36,282 nucleotides of DNA from a virus. Shown here piece by piece: positions 23,801 through 35,000 of the stretch; within the stretch, counting starts at the first letter, position 1; every line of letters starts with the position of its first letter. The notes under the pieces were generated by a model. The model was not told the DNA's origin, ran no database searches, and saw nothing but the letters and a program-made list of their open reading frames with translations. The stretch lies in the IMG/VR virus record IMGVR_UViG_3300027619_000002, positions 1 to 36,282 of that record; one strand, given 5' to 3'. Position numbers and translations under genes: made by a program.

Positions 23801-25232
23801 TGCCATTCTGATAAATCCCATATGTAACGCCTACTTGATTATCTTCTCCACCAGGATATGCATATTGCCATGAAATCACACATTTGATTTCAACTATTGC
23901 CGAAGCATCAATAGTTATACTATCACTAGGTCCGTGTGTTAAATATCCAGGAGAACCAAGATACCTGAATGGGACTGTGACGAGATTCGGCGCAGTAGCA
24001 CCGCTCGTGAGTGTGAACCCTGGATACGCTGGCCCACTTGCGCCAGCACCACTTGGAACATCATAGAGAAACCCATATACTTGTACACCACCTGTGATGC
24101 CAATAGCACCTGGTGGCCCTTGGGGCCCGGTTGTTCCTGTTATTCCAGGAAATCCCTGACTCCCAGTAGGACCGACCGGTCCTTGGGGACCCTCAGTTCC
24201 ACCTATTGCTATTACGTTAAATGATCCATCTTTGATTGTGAGTGATGCATTCGATCCAGTGACCGAAGCCATGACCTGGACTTGATCGAACCCATTCAAA
24301 TAATGTTGAGTTGAAATGGGAAGTATTGCTTGTGACGATGGACCGATTAATGTAACGGTCTCAGCTAATACTGATCCGTTGACTGCAACAGATAACGTGA
24401 CGTTGTTCCCAGTTATTACAGATTCTCCAATACTAACAGTTATTAGATATGGTCCCCCGACATTGGAATCAATTCCAATGCTATTAGCAATAGTCCCGCT
24501 CGTGCAAAATGTGTTTTGGAATAAACCAACATGATCCCAAATCAGAACTTGTGGAGATGTGGCTGCCTTAATTGTATTAACAGTTGTTGATCCGTAATTA
24601 ACTAATTGTCCATAAGCTTGGGTTGCTGCACCTGGACCAGTAGGTCCTGGTAAGCCAGTAGGTCCCATGGGTCCGCCAGCGGGGCCCGTAGCCCCCATAG
24701 GACCTGTATATCCAGTAACACCTTGTGGACCTGTAGCACCTTGTGCTCCGGTTAATCCCTGAGGTCCAGTTGCTCCGGTTATACCAGCGGCTCCTTGGGG
24801 TCCAGTAGCACCCTGAGGTCCTGTAGATCCAGTGACCCCTTGAACCCCAGTTGCTCCCGTGACTCCCTGTATACCCTGGTTCCCTTGGGGTCCAGTTTGG
24901 CCTTGTGGTCCGGTGGGGCCTGTTGCACCCGTGACCCCTTGGACACCCTGAGGGCCTTGAATCCCCTGTGCCCCAGTCTGACCTTGGGGTCCTGTGGGCC
25001 CAGTTACACCAGTTAATCCTGTAACACCAGCAATTCCTTGAATACCCTGAGGCCCAGTAATACCCTGTGCCCCAGTCGGACCAATACTTCCTTGAACTCC
25101 GGTTGAACCCTGAGGTCCTTGGGGTCCAGTGGCCCCTGTGGGTCCAGGAGGGCCTCCGAAAGCCCCTGTGGGTCCCTCGGCCCCTGTGGGTCCTTGTAAT
25201 GAAATAAATGCGCCGCCACGACGACTAAGCAT
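20814..25232 (-). CDS. Collagen-like tail fibre (1472 aa): five Gly-X-Y tracts alternating with five C1q/TNF-like globular domains
   Basis: Residues were counted from the translation. Collagen tracts are aa 14-201, 347-381, 546-629, 775-1035 and 1162-1310 ([13 protein letters not shown]-type triplets). Globular segments are aa 202-346, 382-545, 630-774, 1036-1161 and 1311-1472. These share AYGQL-type starts, ITV..G.Y[LG][IV], [VI]NG, and GDV[LF]/NDVVTL/FDQVQV motifs, as in C1q and BclA C-terminal domains. Confidence 0.8.
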   Translation of the reverse strand: MLSRRGGAFISLQGPTGAEGPTGAFGGPPGPTGATGPQGPQGSTGVQGSIGPTGAQGITGPQGIQGIAGVTGLTGVTGPTGPQGQTGAQGIQGPQGVQGVTGATGPTGPQGQTGPQGNQGIQGVTGATGVQGVTGSTGPQGATGPQGAAGITGATGPQGLTGAQGATGPQGVTGYTGPMGATGPAGGPMGPTGLPGPTGPGAATQAYGQLVNYGSTTVNTIKAATSPQVLIWDHVGLFQNTFCTSGTIANSIGIDSNVGGPYLITVSIGESVITGNNVTLSVAVNGSVLAETVTLIGPSSQAILPISTQHYLNGFDQVQVMASVTGSNASLTIKDGSFNVIAIGGTEGPQGPVGPTGSQGFPGITGTTGPQGPPGAIGITGGVQVYGFLYDVPSGAGASGPAYPGFTLTSGATAPNLVTVPFRYLGSPGYLTHGPSDSITIDASAIVEIKCVISWQYAYPGGEDNQVGVTYGIYQNGTLLLTSQTDTGILDEDSSQFTTTTVIALASATGGDVFNVQAIGKSLESFVSTGIVIDSAFFSVVSVGGIGLQGVQGVTGPQGPTGLQGPTGSKGPTGLQGSQGSPGVTGPYGGPTGPQGVTGPQGIQGPTGARGVTGPQGIQGTTGPGGPLGTGTISPAYGQLYSTTSTTATGSYTGTVAFSNSGISTNVTLVSGTNSSITVNQTDIYGVSVTGGITYEYGFDIQLILQVLKNGVPQPNLIWGPVGFDHSDQGTIAITGLLALNSGDVLTLLVNNEQSELATLSQVQFTVWNVSSKQGATGVTGPAGVTGPYGGPTGPQGLTGATGPTGARGATGPQGNQGPQGIQGITGATGPTGAQGVQGVTGPTGPQGQTGATGPQGPQGIQGVTGATGPTGAQGATGIQGVTGPYGGPTGPQGVTGPQGATGLQGINGVTGATGPQGSSGVTGSTGPQGPQGIQGVTGSTGPQGSPGVTGSTGPQGSQGIQGVTGSTGPQGSPGVTGSTGPQGPQGIQGVTGATGPTGPAGAGSTGPQGSTGPTGPQGPTGAQGVTGPAAGATGVFGGLWGSGVSVPSGGGPVTIPFNASGPSNQTTLNTSNSSVTVLQAGTYLIVGLTDGGSLYVSGLAVYINGTQAQDLSLTNTSATQLLVVQGLKQLNANDVVTLRTITAQNGGVVNNAYLTVTLQSGVQGAMGPTGPAGVTGPYGGPTGPQGVTGATGPTGPAGANGSQGIQGSPGVTGATGPNGANGSQGPQGSPGVTGPTGPAGSAGAQGATGPQGATGPSNGPTGPQGIQGSPGVTGPTGPAGSNGSQGATGPQGATGVQGVTGPAGGGGGGITPGYAQAFGQSYGVTLPNSGGLTGAIIGGWTGTATGVVSNMTIGYTGITVTNAGYYLVNFQITPGGDTATASTRIQYFYVGINGVFAYNGVVTALSSAGPTAGTTTLWTVVANGSCIVYCPAGAIISIYGAAESIIFQSYNTFYQNPPPWETCNFNVVRIA

Positions 25233-25270
25233 GATTATGGCGCCTTATTCGTGACTTGGACGGTTCTCCG

Positions 25271-25645
25271 TCAGTTCTTGGCCGAATACACAAACGTACT
25301 CGTCTCAGTTTGACTTGTGGATTTAAGAGCAAATGTTCCTGATGCCTGTGTAGCGACACTGACTTCTCCCAATGTCCCACCAGCAACATACCTGGCATAC
25401 ATGATTGGGATTGTTGCAGACACAGTTGGATCATTCACAGTCAGCATACCAGTCGGCCCCATGGCACTCGTCACTTGGTATGACGGACCAGCTGGTCCTT
25501 GTACTCCCTGAACGCCCTGTACTCCGGTCGCTCCTTGGGGTCCCGTGACTCCTTGGACACCCGTAGCCCCCTGAGCACCCCCTGACGGGCCTGTGGCTCC
25601 GGTGACCCCTTGAAGGCCGGCAAATGCACCACCACGTCTCCACAT
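25271..25645 (-). CDS. Short collagen-like fibre or whisker protein (124 aa)
   Basis: [53 protein letters not shown] followed by a roughly 70-aa beta-type C-terminal domain. It shares the RRGGAF..LQG N-terminus with the long fibre. Confidence 0.7.
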   Translation of the reverse strand: MWRRGGAFAGLQGVTGATGPSGGAQGATGVQGVTGPQGATGVQGVQGVQGPAGPSYQVTSAMGPTGMLTVNDPTVSATIPIMYARYVAGGTLGEVSVATQASGTFALKSTSQTETSTFVYSAKN

Positions 25646-25646
25646 A

Positions 25647-26096
25647 TCAGCCTACACCTGCCATTGGCTGGCTAGATAGCCAGAACCTGAGCGTAGACGA
25701 TTTGCCCGTGGCACACTTCAAAATCAGAGTCTTGTGGGAAAAATGATCAACACGTTCGTCTTTCCAAACCCCAGCTGGAATCTTGCCGCACATGCAAGTT
25801 GCAAGACCTAAACCAGGGGAATCGAACGCCAATGTAGACCCAGCTGCAAGGATTGCAGTGTCCGAAATCTCATTAACTCCAACCGCGGCCGAATCAAATG
25901 CATAGAAAACATCAGATATGCCATCTACGTTGAAAGTCCAATACATCTGGTTGTTCTGGCCGTTATGAGCACCAAAGTAAGCAAGTGGTGTTAGGTCATA
26001 ACCTCGACTCGTCCCATCAACTGTCAAGGCAATGATATACCCAATTGCTGGCGGGACGACGTTGGACGCCTGATCTACGGACTGATCTAAACTCAT
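25647..26096 (-). CDS. Hypothetical virion protein (149 aa)
   Basis: ATG ORF between the internal-core-like genes and the fibre genes. Beta-type composition. Confidence 0.55.
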   Translation of the reverse strand: MSLDQSVDQASNVVPPAIGYIIALTVDGTSRGYDLTPLAYFGAHNGQNNQMYWTFNVDGISDVFYAFDSAAVGVNEISDTAILAAGSTLAFDSPGLGLATCMCGKIPAGVWKDERVDHFSHKTLILKCATGKSSTLRFWLSSQPMAGVG

Positions 26097-26122
26097 AGTT
26101 ACTTCTCTCTTAGACTAATGGG

Positions 26123-28960
26123 CTAACGCCGCCCTGGTGATTGACCGATTCCCATGCCTGATGCTCGTGCTTCTGAGGCGCTCATCATCTTACTAGCAGT
26201 TGAGTCCACTACTTTCTTTCCAGCTTTACCCCCACCTGTCGGAGGGGTAGCTGAATTAGGAAGTGGCTGTGTGTTGTCTTGTAGAGCTTTGACACCTTCT
26301 GGTGATTGTGACCAATCGGGTTCATTGAAAATTAAATGTATGCTCTGTTGTAAGTCGTACGGAAGTGATTTCAATTTACCAGCCGTGGCTGCTTTTTTCA
26401 ATTCACCAGCAATTGTCTTTTGAAGTGAGTCTAATAATTTGCTATAACTTCCACAGTCACGAATAGCGTTCATTTGAGTTGGGGATACATTTCCAGTGGC
26501 CAGTCCGTTTGAAATAGTCCCAACAGGATCATTCACCGCCGAATATTTCATCAGGAATGATGAAATATCTTGATCTGATGGCGTCTTGGACCCAATAGGT
26601 GGATTAGGTGGGATCTGACCCAAGAGCCACATTGTGGCCTGTTTCGTTGCATCAATGAATCGTCGAGCCAATAATGGTGTGTGTTCTACTAATTGACCGG
26701 CTACTGGTGTGTGATCGATCGTGGCCGAGGCCATTATATCTTTCGTAATTTTCTCGAAAAATGCAACTTTTTCATCCGGATCAGATGGGATCTCAGCACC
26801 TTTCGGGATTTTGACCACGAAAGTTTTCCCTCCACCAATAGCATGATCGACTGCATCCTGCAAAGTCACATCTACTTTGGCAGCATGATTAGCAATAGAC
26901 TTAATTGCTGATAATTTTTCAAACGTTGAAGCTAGGAAAGCATTACCACGTCCTCTTAATGTCCTATGAACTAAAGCAGCGCCAGCGGCAGCAGCTCCAC
27001 CTAGTATGTGACCAGAAGCTGCCGCTTGCATTGCCGGACCGAAACCCATAGTATAATCAGACAGAGAAAAATTGCGATTGGTTTTCCATGAAGTGGTATT
27101 CTTCTCCAATGCTTCTTTGGCGAGACTCAATGCCTGATATTGTTTATTTAGAGATTTCTTTAATTCAGGTGTGGGAAGTTTGGCTACAGGTTGGAAAGCA
27201 TCTAAGAAAGTCTTTTCACCTGAATAGACAGCTTTGCTAGCCTCAGCCTCTGATTGTGTCCGAAGCCTTCCGATAGAGTCCATAATCATGTCCTCCATCT
27301 TCCCTGTGATTTGACGTAATTGCTGAACTCGTTGAACTGGATCGTTTGATTTTATATCTTTATATACTAGAGCGGCTAGAGCTTTCTTCTGTTGAAATAA
27401 AGTCTCGGCCGGGACTTCAATATTCATCAGGTCTTTTTCAGGAACTTCTGTTCCCGACTCTGGTGTTGTTCGTACAACACCATGTTCTTTTTCCCACTGC
27501 TTCATTGAGTTAATAGCAGATTGATCACCCGCCGAAGCCGCTTGTGCTGTCTTTTCAATAGTTTCACGTAATGGTTCAAGATGTGGAGGGATATATAAAC
27601 TTGGAGCTTTCTTTCCAGCTGCAACTGCTCCTTCATCTACAGTAGCAGTCATCTTTTTGATTAAATCATCACGATAATCTTCAATCGATTTGACAATGTG
27701 GCCCCATCCCGCGTTCTTTCGAAGGTCCGCAATAACCCCTTCTATTTGATCATTCAAATCCTTAATTTTGATTTTCAGGCCTTGGGTCTTGACTATTTCA
27801 CCTAATTTTTGACCAATCTCATCTTGTTTTGCTTCAATACGAGGTAATAACTCTTCTGGTCTTAAGGCATTTTCAAGAATATTCCCTTCTTTCGGGAGAA
27901 TATCCAGATCTAATAGTGTTCGACCCAAACCACGAGTTCCACCATCGAAGGTATTCTCAATTTTCTCTGTAATCTTCTTGGTCGAATTGAGCATCTTGAA
28001 GCTCTGATCTGCCGCGGCATTTTTCAACTCTGGACTTAATTTTTCTAGAGACGCGGATAACGCATCACCAGCTAAACTAAATGCCCCACCAGTTAATCCA
28101 CCAATGACCGCACCATGATTGAGTGAAGCTAATAGTTTTTCAGCTGTGAGGTCAGTATCACCAAGTGTTGATTCCGATATGGTCTGACCAAGGTTAATCA
28201 AACCACCTTCGGCCGCCGCACCCACAGCCTTACTTGCAGCTTTACTAGCTAATCCAGCGAGACCTTCACCAATTTCTGGTAAAACATTAGCAGCTGATCT
28301 TTCAGCTAATCGCCCTATTCCAGATATACCATCTAAAGGCGCACTTAGAAGTCTGGCAGTTCGGGCCAGAACTGATGCCCCTTCCGCGCCTTCCGCTGCC
28401 ACAGAAGCGCCATCTGTAAGCAAAGCGGGGGCCAACATCCCGGCCATTTCAGAAGCCGTACTCGTGACCGGGAAAACATCTTCAAAACCCTTCAACCGAG
28501 AACGCATTCTCTCAGCTGATTGATCACCGCCTACAAGTCGCGCTGCACCAACAGCTAATGGATCAGATATACCAACTGAAAGACCACGTGCAACACCAGC
28601 GACACCTGCACCAATAGCGCCAGTGATCCCGCCGTATTCTTTCTTTTCATGTGCTTTATCAATCCATGCCTGGGGAATGATTCGCCCCCCGCCATTGATT
28701 ACATCAGTGACCTGATCATGTGAAACTGTCCCAGTTCTACCATCTTTGAGAAGAACCGGGATTTTTTCCTCTGGATTGAATTGTAGAACACCAGATTGAT
28801 ATGCCTGATTTAATTTATCAGCAGGGAGGGTATTAGTATGCTGGACCCCAATGACTGTTGGTGGGGGTGGAAGTGAATCAGCACTTGGTGTAGTAGGGGG
28901 TGCTACAACAGGAGCTACCGGTGGTGATACAACCGGGGTAGGCGGAATTGGATCCGGCAT
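26123..28960 (-). CDS. Internal virion / ejection protein, large (945 aa; T7 gp16-like position)
   Basis: Third of three large genes after the nozzle-like gene. Pro-rich N-terminus, Gly/Ala hydrophobic segments (GAIGAGVAGVARGLSVG) and long helical regions. No lysozyme motif was seen. Confidence 0.5.
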   Translation of the reverse strand: MPDPIPPTPVVSPPVAPVVAPPTTPSADSLPPPPTVIGVQHTNTLPADKLNQAYQSGVLQFNPEEKIPVLLKDGRTGTVSHDQVTDVINGGGRIIPQAWIDKAHEKKEYGGITGAIGAGVAGVARGLSVGISDPLAVGAARLVGGDQSAERMRSRLKGFEDVFPVTSTASEMAGMLAPALLTDGASVAAEGAEGASVLARTARLLSAPLDGISGIGRLAERSAANVLPEIGEGLAGLASKAASKAVGAAAEGGLINLGQTISESTLGDTDLTAEKLLASLNHGAVIGGLTGGAFSLAGDALSASLEKLSPELKNAAADQSFKMLNSTKKITEKIENTFDGGTRGLGRTLLDLDILPKEGNILENALRPEELLPRIEAKQDEIGQKLGEIVKTQGLKIKIKDLNDQIEGVIADLRKNAGWGHIVKSIEDYRDDLIKKMTATVDEGAVAAGKKAPSLYIPPHLEPLRETIEKTAQAASAGDQSAINSMKQWEKEHGVVRTTPESGTEVPEKDLMNIEVPAETLFQQKKALAALVYKDIKSNDPVQRVQQLRQITGKMEDMIMDSIGRLRTQSEAEASKAVYSGEKTFLDAFQPVAKLPTPELKKSLNKQYQALSLAKEALEKNTTSWKTNRNFSLSDYTMGFGPAMQAAASGHILGGAAAAGAALVHRTLRGRGNAFLASTFEKLSAIKSIANHAAKVDVTLQDAVDHAIGGGKTFVVKIPKGAEIPSDPDEKVAFFEKITKDIMASATIDHTPVAGQLVEHTPLLARRFIDATKQATMWLLGQIPPNPPIGSKTPSDQDISSFLMKYSAVNDPVGTISNGLATGNVSPTQMNAIRDCGSYSKLLDSLQKTIAGELKKAATAGKLKSLPYDLQQSIHLIFNEPDWSQSPEGVKALQDNTQPLPNSATPPTGGGKAGKKVVDSTASKMMSASEARASGMGIGQSPGRR

Positions 28961-28962
28961 GT

Positions 28963-30684
28963 TTACTCAGATCCAGACGATTCAAAACTTGAAGGAGTGT
29001 TATCACCAGCAATGGAAGATCGGATCGCTTCCGGATGCATACTTTGCAGTTTTCTTGCAAATCCTACAGGGTCTGCATCAATCCCTTGGTCCCGACGAAT
29101 ATCTTTGATTTGTTCAGGTGATGGGACACGTTTGTTTTGTGGATAAGTTGCTCGGAACCACGCACGAGCAAGGTCGTCGTGATTGGCATTCGCTTGGATT
29201 ACATCTGACCCGCCTACAACTCGTCCGACTGCCCCAACTGCCCCATTTTGACGAGCCAGGAATCCAATGACTCCACCTGCGGGGTCTTCACCACCGTTTT
29301 CAGCTTTAGCTCTGTAAAAGTTAGATAGTGCTTGGGTAGCCCCGTTATCACCGGCTGCTGATAAACTGTGTAACTTTTCTAAAGTCTCAGCTTCAACTTT
29401 TTTAGTCTCAGCTTCGGTTTTAGCGGTATTGGCAACTTTTTGTTGCATATCAAGAAGTTGTCCAACAGAACTTCCCTGAGCAGCTCTATGCGAAGCTGTG
29501 CGATTCTGATCTGTCCACATTGCATCTTGCAAATGAAGCTGACCTAATGTGTCTTGAATTGCTTTCTTTTTATCCACATCTTTTTCAGCATCACGTGCGG
29601 CTGTGAGTTTTTCACTTGCTGAGTCAAGTAAAGCACCATGTGTTAAAGCGATAGCTTGTTGATCAGATCCAGTTTTTTGAAGGAAGTGATTATATAAGGT
29701 ATCTTGTTCACCAATCTTCATTTGTGACTGGGCACGTGCATTTTGTGTATAATGGGCGATATTGGCGTTGATTTCATCTACTGCTGGATTTGAACCTAAC
29801 CGATTCCATCCTTGAAGGAATCCACCAGCCGCTTTTGCAAGAGCCCCAGCAATACGAGATCCAGTCCCGCCCAAAGCTCGACTATTCCAATAATCATCAG
29901 TGTAATTTCGTGCGGCCTCTGACTTGATTAGATCAGAACGATTTTTCTCCAAAACATCTCGTTGAGCATTAGATTTGGCGATAGAATCTTGTATTTGTTT
30001 GGCATAACTGGTATTTTCACCACGCATACCTTCTTCCGCTGCGATCCTGTTGCGAACAGCTTCGGCTGATTCAGCACCATATGGGAAAAGTCTTCCCTCA
30101 GCTGCTCCAAGAACACCACGTTGAGTTGCATATGGATCGAATGGCTCGCCGGGGGCACCTGATCCTAATCCGGTATTCGGTTTGGCTTCGGCAGGTTTTG
30201 CTTTTGTTTCTTCTGCCGCTTTGACCACCGGAGGCGCAACTTGAACCGGAGGCGCTGATGGGGGCGGCGTAACATACCCCTGAGGAACAACTGTGGGGAG
30301 TCCGTTATCACCAACAGGACCTGATGGCAACACGGGCGCTGAACTGATAGCCGAGGGCGGAGCAAACTTTGCTTGTGCAGCTCTTTGCTCTGGCGTCATT
30401 TGAGCTTGCATCCGTTGCTGGTATGTTTGGGTCGAAGGTGACCCATACCCATATTGCTGAGTCCCAGCTTGTCTCGCCCATCCAAAAGTCCCATTTGGAT
30501 TGCTATCTGCGGCGGATTGATCGAATGGTACAGATACATTGGCATCTGGCCCAAGACCACCAATTGATGATTGTATGCTATTTGGGGTTGTAACAGGCGG
30601 AGGCACAGATGCTAATGGACCACCAGCAATTGATTGCTGGATCCCTTGCGGATCTACTGGCGTGTAATTTAATTCATCTGCCAT
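28963..30684 (-). CDS. Internal virion / ejection protein (573 aa; T7 gp15-like position)
   Basis: Pro/Gln-rich disordered N-terminal third followed by a helical, charged region. Called by position. Confidence 0.45.
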   Translation of the reverse strand: MADELNYTPVDPQGIQQSIAGGPLASVPPPVTTPNSIQSSIGGLGPDANVSVPFDQSAADSNPNGTFGWARQAGTQQYGYGSPSTQTYQQRMQAQMTPEQRAAQAKFAPPSAISSAPVLPSGPVGDNGLPTVVPQGYVTPPPSAPPVQVAPPVVKAAEETKAKPAEAKPNTGLGSGAPGEPFDPYATQRGVLGAAEGRLFPYGAESAEAVRNRIAAEEGMRGENTSYAKQIQDSIAKSNAQRDVLEKNRSDLIKSEAARNYTDDYWNSRALGGTGSRIAGALAKAAGGFLQGWNRLGSNPAVDEINANIAHYTQNARAQSQMKIGEQDTLYNHFLQKTGSDQQAIALTHGALLDSASEKLTAARDAEKDVDKKKAIQDTLGQLHLQDAMWTDQNRTASHRAAQGSSVGQLLDMQQKVANTAKTEAETKKVEAETLEKLHSLSAAGDNGATQALSNFYRAKAENGGEDPAGGVIGFLARQNGAVGAVGRVVGGSDVIQANANHDDLARAWFRATYPQNKRVPSPEQIKDIRRDQGIDADPVGFARKLQSMHPEAIRSSIAGDNTPSSFESSGSE

Positions 30685-30693
30685 AGTGATTCC

Positions 30694-31995
30694 TTATGCT
30701 GACGCAAGGGCGCCAAGAATACCAACACCAAGTCCAACACCCGCAGATATACCTTGTGATTGTTGGTTGGCACCAATTTGCATCGCTGTTCCAGCTAGCC
30801 CTAGGTTGTTGGCATACGCAGATGAGTTAGCAGCTAATTGTGCTTCTTCAACAGAGTTGGCTTGTCCAGTCCACCCTTGTGCAATTTGTGCGTTTTGGGC
30901 AGTCTGAGCTTGTTGAAGTCCAGCGACGCCCATTTGCTGTTGATATTGAGCATTGGCATCAGATATATCCGCTGCTTGTTGAGCCTGAGTTGCCCCAACA
31001 TACTGCCCTTGTGCTTGTGCTTCCATATTTGCTTGGAGATTGCTTGCCGCCGTAGCACCACCAGCTATGGTCGAAGTCACATTATTCAATGCACCAGCTT
31101 GGGCAGCCGCTTGTGCTGGACCTCCGCCACGTGCTGAGTTAGCTAATGCCATCCCACCAGTGAGAGCTTGATCAGTCCCTTGTGCTAAAGTTGCTTGTGC
31201 TGCTTGTTCCGCAGGTCCACCCCCCGCTGCCGTAGCTCCAAGTAAACCTAACCCAGCACCAGTGGCATTTCTATCTTGATCTGCATTTCCGAAACTGGTG
31301 TTAGCACCTGTCAGATTTAAGGTGGGTGTGGCAGTCCCCATAGCATTTGATGCTAATCCTGCATATTGATTCGCTGCGTTATTCGCCCCACCGTATGCAC
31401 CACCAAATTGTGCTGTCCCCGGGTTTAATTCATTTTGAGGATTAGAACCGTTAGTAGGTCCATACACAACAGTCGGTTGGTATCCGTTTCCACCTGTAGA
31501 AGCGGGGGGTGTTGAACTGAAACTTCCGTTCGGTCCTGAATAATAAGTTGTTCCATTGATGACTGTCGAACTATATCCAGGAGGTAGAGCCCCACCGACC
31601 CCACTTGTCGTATTACTACCACCAGCTGTAGGAGGCGGCGCTAATGGGTTTGCTGGGTTATAATTATAGTTAGCACCTGCACCTGATGGTGTTGGAACAC
31701 CACCAGGGTTATTAGATCCGTTATCTCCACCACCAAAGAGGCTTCCGAATATCACACCTGGTCCAGTGTTATTATTGTGAGTGTTGACCGTTGGATTAAC
31801 AGCAGACCCACCCAATCCACCCTGAGGAGCGGGACCTGCAACCGCAGGGGCCGCCGGTGTTACAGTTGGAGCCGCCACAGTGGGTTGTTTTGGAGCACCA
31901 GGAGGTGGGGGATTAGCATTTGCACTTAGACCCCCCAAACCAGGTCCAATTGATCTGGTATTAGGATTGACGTAGCCTGCTAGTCCCTGAGTCAT
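30694..31995 (-). CDS. Low-complexity Gly/Ala/Asn/Gln/Thr/Pro-rich virion protein with a C-terminal glycine-zipper segment (433 aa; T7 gp13/14-like position)
   Basis: Composition read from the translation. Q/A repeats (AQAQGQYVGATQAQQAADISDANAQYQQQ). Ends GISAGVGLGVGILGALASA. Confidence 0.5.
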   Translation of the reverse strand: MTQGLAGYVNPNTRSIGPGLGGLSANANPPPPGAPKQPTVAAPTVTPAAPAVAGPAPQGGLGGSAVNPTVNTHNNNTGPGVIFGSLFGGGDNGSNNPGGVPTPSGAGANYNYNPANPLAPPPTAGGSNTTSGVGGALPPGYSSTVINGTTYYSGPNGSFSSTPPASTGGNGYQPTVVYGPTNGSNPQNELNPGTAQFGGAYGGANNAANQYAGLASNAMGTATPTLNLTGANTSFGNADQDRNATGAGLGLLGATAAGGGPAEQAAQATLAQGTDQALTGGMALANSARGGGPAQAAAQAGALNNVTSTIAGGATAASNLQANMEAQAQGQYVGATQAQQAADISDANAQYQQQMGVAGLQQAQTAQNAQIAQGWTGQANSVEEAQLAANSSAYANNLGLAGTAMQIGANQQSQGISAGVGLGVGILGALASA

Positions 31996-32030
31996 AATTA
32001 TTCCTTACCCTTATCCAATTGACCTAAAGA

Positions 32031-35000
32031 CTAACGCCGAAGGTTATTCGGAATCTGCTTGAACTCGCCACGCTTCCCTCTGAGTCTGACTTGTAGATTT
32101 TGCCAAACTATGGATTGTCCTATTCCAACAGACTCTGTAGTTGGAGCTGATGTGGAAAGATCAACTGAAATAGCTTCACATTTCTGCGGCGATGCTGTAT
32201 ACTGAACTTGAAGTTGAGTTAGGCCGTTCAAATCCGCGTCTGTGAAAGTTTGAACATAATCTGATACATTGGTGTAATCTCGATATTGAGTCACATTTAT
32301 CTCAGCGGGTGTAACTTGTTGACCTAGAACTGTTAGACGATGGATCCGCATATTGGCTTGCATCCCTTCTGGATGAAAATTGCCAGTACGCAAGTGACTT
32401 GTTACGAAGGTTGAATTATCTAGACAAGTAGTTGAGTCTTCCATTGAAAGAGTCGTCGAATCAGGGTTGGCTCCCACCGGGAACAGTCCATACCAAACCC
32501 CATTAATACATGCGGAACTAATGCAATAGTCGGCACTCGCACCATTTTGTTTAGTCTTATGAGTCGAGAACTTATCTCGTCTATAATCCCAATGGATTAT
32601 ATTTCCGGCCGTACCTGAAAACCCGAGACCGTTCCAAGCAGTGAATCGTATTACTCCGTCATCAACTAATGGTGTGATGCTAGTCAAAATTGGATAGCTT
32701 GTTCCAGGTCCCATTTCACGTTGGATTCGTTCTCCAAGCCAAGTGAAGTTTCCAGAGCGATCCTCCATATATAAACCACGTGGACTCCAAAATAGTGTTC
32801 CTCCTGGGAACACTGCTAATCCGCGCGGGTCTACGACGCCCTGAGTGGCTTGCCACAATTGAGGCAATTGAATGTCATTCCCAGATCCATTATCGGCTGG
32901 ACCGTCACCTATTGTATACCAAATGTCTCGATCTGTAGCGGCATGGAATCGTCCATCAATTGACCATTGTGCCGTAAGTGGACCTTCTGGCCACGTAAGA
33001 GTGAAGGCATCAGTAAATCGTGGGCACTCACCACGGACGAAAGAAGTTGTGAAGTAAGAAGTCTGCCCATCTTCTGAGACACCGAATACTCGGTCTGAAT
33101 GTTGTACTAGAGCATATAGATTGGGCGGTCCATCTGATGGAACACCTCCACCTGTGATGTATAGAATCTTAGCTGTGGCGTTTGAATTATCAGGCACAGT
33201 ATCAGTGAAAGTCGAGGCCGCTTGACCTTGAACGTTCTCAATAGTGGCGATTAACTGCAAAACCGCAGGTGCATCTGACGAGTTACGATATATTTCGATT
33301 TGAACTTGCTGTCCTGCCTGGTATCCGACTGTGAATGGTTGACGGTAAGTCGTAACGCAAGGGAAGATTTCAAGCGTGGCTGATGGGTAACCTGCTGAGG
33401 CATCAACAATCGTGACTAGACTGGGTGGTGACTGATGCAAATTACCATGTACATCTTGTTGGGTATAAACACAGCAGTAAGTCAAATCTGTAATTTGTGG
33501 TATAACGACTGATCCAGCAGCAGGGAGACCAACAACTGGACTTAATGGTTGATTCGTGAATCCAGCTTCGCAGAGAAGATTACCATCATAGATCATTGGC
33601 AGACCACCAGCAATCCAGGTCCAGTCTCCTAGTTCTACTGATTGCCATAATCCAGGATCTTGAAAGTCCAGAACGAGCTGAGTCAAAGATGTGTTTCCAC
33701 CAACATCAGTTTCTGTCCCAATAGCGTAGATCTGGTTGTTATATAGAGATGTATCGTAGAACGCCGGAACGGCATCTCCCGCGAATCTTGGCGCCACCAC
33801 AGCTATTGGTAGTGGGATCCCCGCTGAGTTGCCAGAGCTGATAGGGATCTGACAAATTATGACTGTTTGATATGCGCCAGATGCTGGCCGGGTGTTGTCA
33901 TATCGTTGACCTTCTTGCCATAGTAGTACACAATAAACATTAACTGTCCCATTTGTTGTAAAGGTGAAGGGTTTACTTAATTGTTGATAACCAATAGGTG
34001 TTGTAACCGAGAGAGCCAGCGGTGTGGTGGTTCCATCCACACTTACTGTCCCATATTGCACCATTGTATTAATTTTTTGAGTCACAGTTGTGGCTGAAAC
34101 AGTGGTTGTATAATCGCATGATGCAACAACACACCATAGAGCAGAATTACCTGTTCCAGATTGCATATCAACAAGTCCAACAGTTCGATACGTCGTTGCA
34201 CCAGTCAATAGGTTCGCAACGTTGCCTGACCCGACTGAGTTGAGAGTGGATTCATTGACTGCAACATTGCATGCATAATATAATTTGTGTACAGTGCTTG
34301 ATGTTGAAGTTGCGATCAACACTGCAACATTGTTCTGTGTATTAGTTGCAATAGTGATTAGAGTTGGGGTTGCTGGGACTGTAGTGACCACAGTGGTTGA
34401 TACAGCAATTAGAGCACCAGCAGTGTGATTATAGAAAGTAACTTTCGCTTGATAAGTCCCTGAGTTATTATGAAGATAAGCCAAAGCTAAGATTTGTGTT
34501 GAATCTTGGCATACAGCTGTACAAATATCAAAGCTGATTGCTGGATCTGTGCCTGCTAATGAAGTTGCTGCACCCCACCCATTCATCACGCCAGCTAATT
34601 GGATTGAGCGATACCTTAAAACTGCAAAGTTTTGGTCATAATAGATCACATAGGCATATCCAGCATAAATGGCGACACGTGGTTGATACTGAGGTGTAGC
34701 TACTGGTCCACCTGAAAACAGTGTTTGAGCAATAACCTGTCCAGTTTGAATATATGCCCCAGTCGAAAGATCTAATATTGATGCCTGAACCGAAGTCCCA
34801 TCTTGCCAAATTTGAACGCACGTTTGTGTCGTCACATCCGTTGCGACGCTTCCAAGAGGAGTGATTGGATAATTATAATTTGGAACTTGCTGGTCTTTAT
34901 TGTTTCCTGATGCAAACAGACGACGACTGACCATGCATGGAGATACTTGACCACGATTGGTCACACCATCTTGATTCGCATTCCAACTTTGAAGATTTAG

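Noticed and set aside
21300-25200. Many alternative-frame and antisense ORFs inside the fibre gene, e.g. 22070..22816 (-), 22536..22841 (+), 23348..23602 (-), 24795..25016 (+), 25013..25219 (-)
   Set aside because: They are by-products of the stop-poor, 9-bp periodic Gly-X-Y coding repeats. Their translations are low-complexity (Leu/Val/Lys/Asp/Pro/Gln-rich, or Pro/Ser/Cys/Leu/Thr-rich). They are fully nested in a 1472-aa ORF with clear domain structure.
21300-25200. Repetitive DNA that might be read as a CRISPR array or satellite
   Set aside because: The repeats are in-frame collagen triplets within one long ORF. There is no repeat-spacer organisation with constant repeats and unique spacers, and there are no cas genes.
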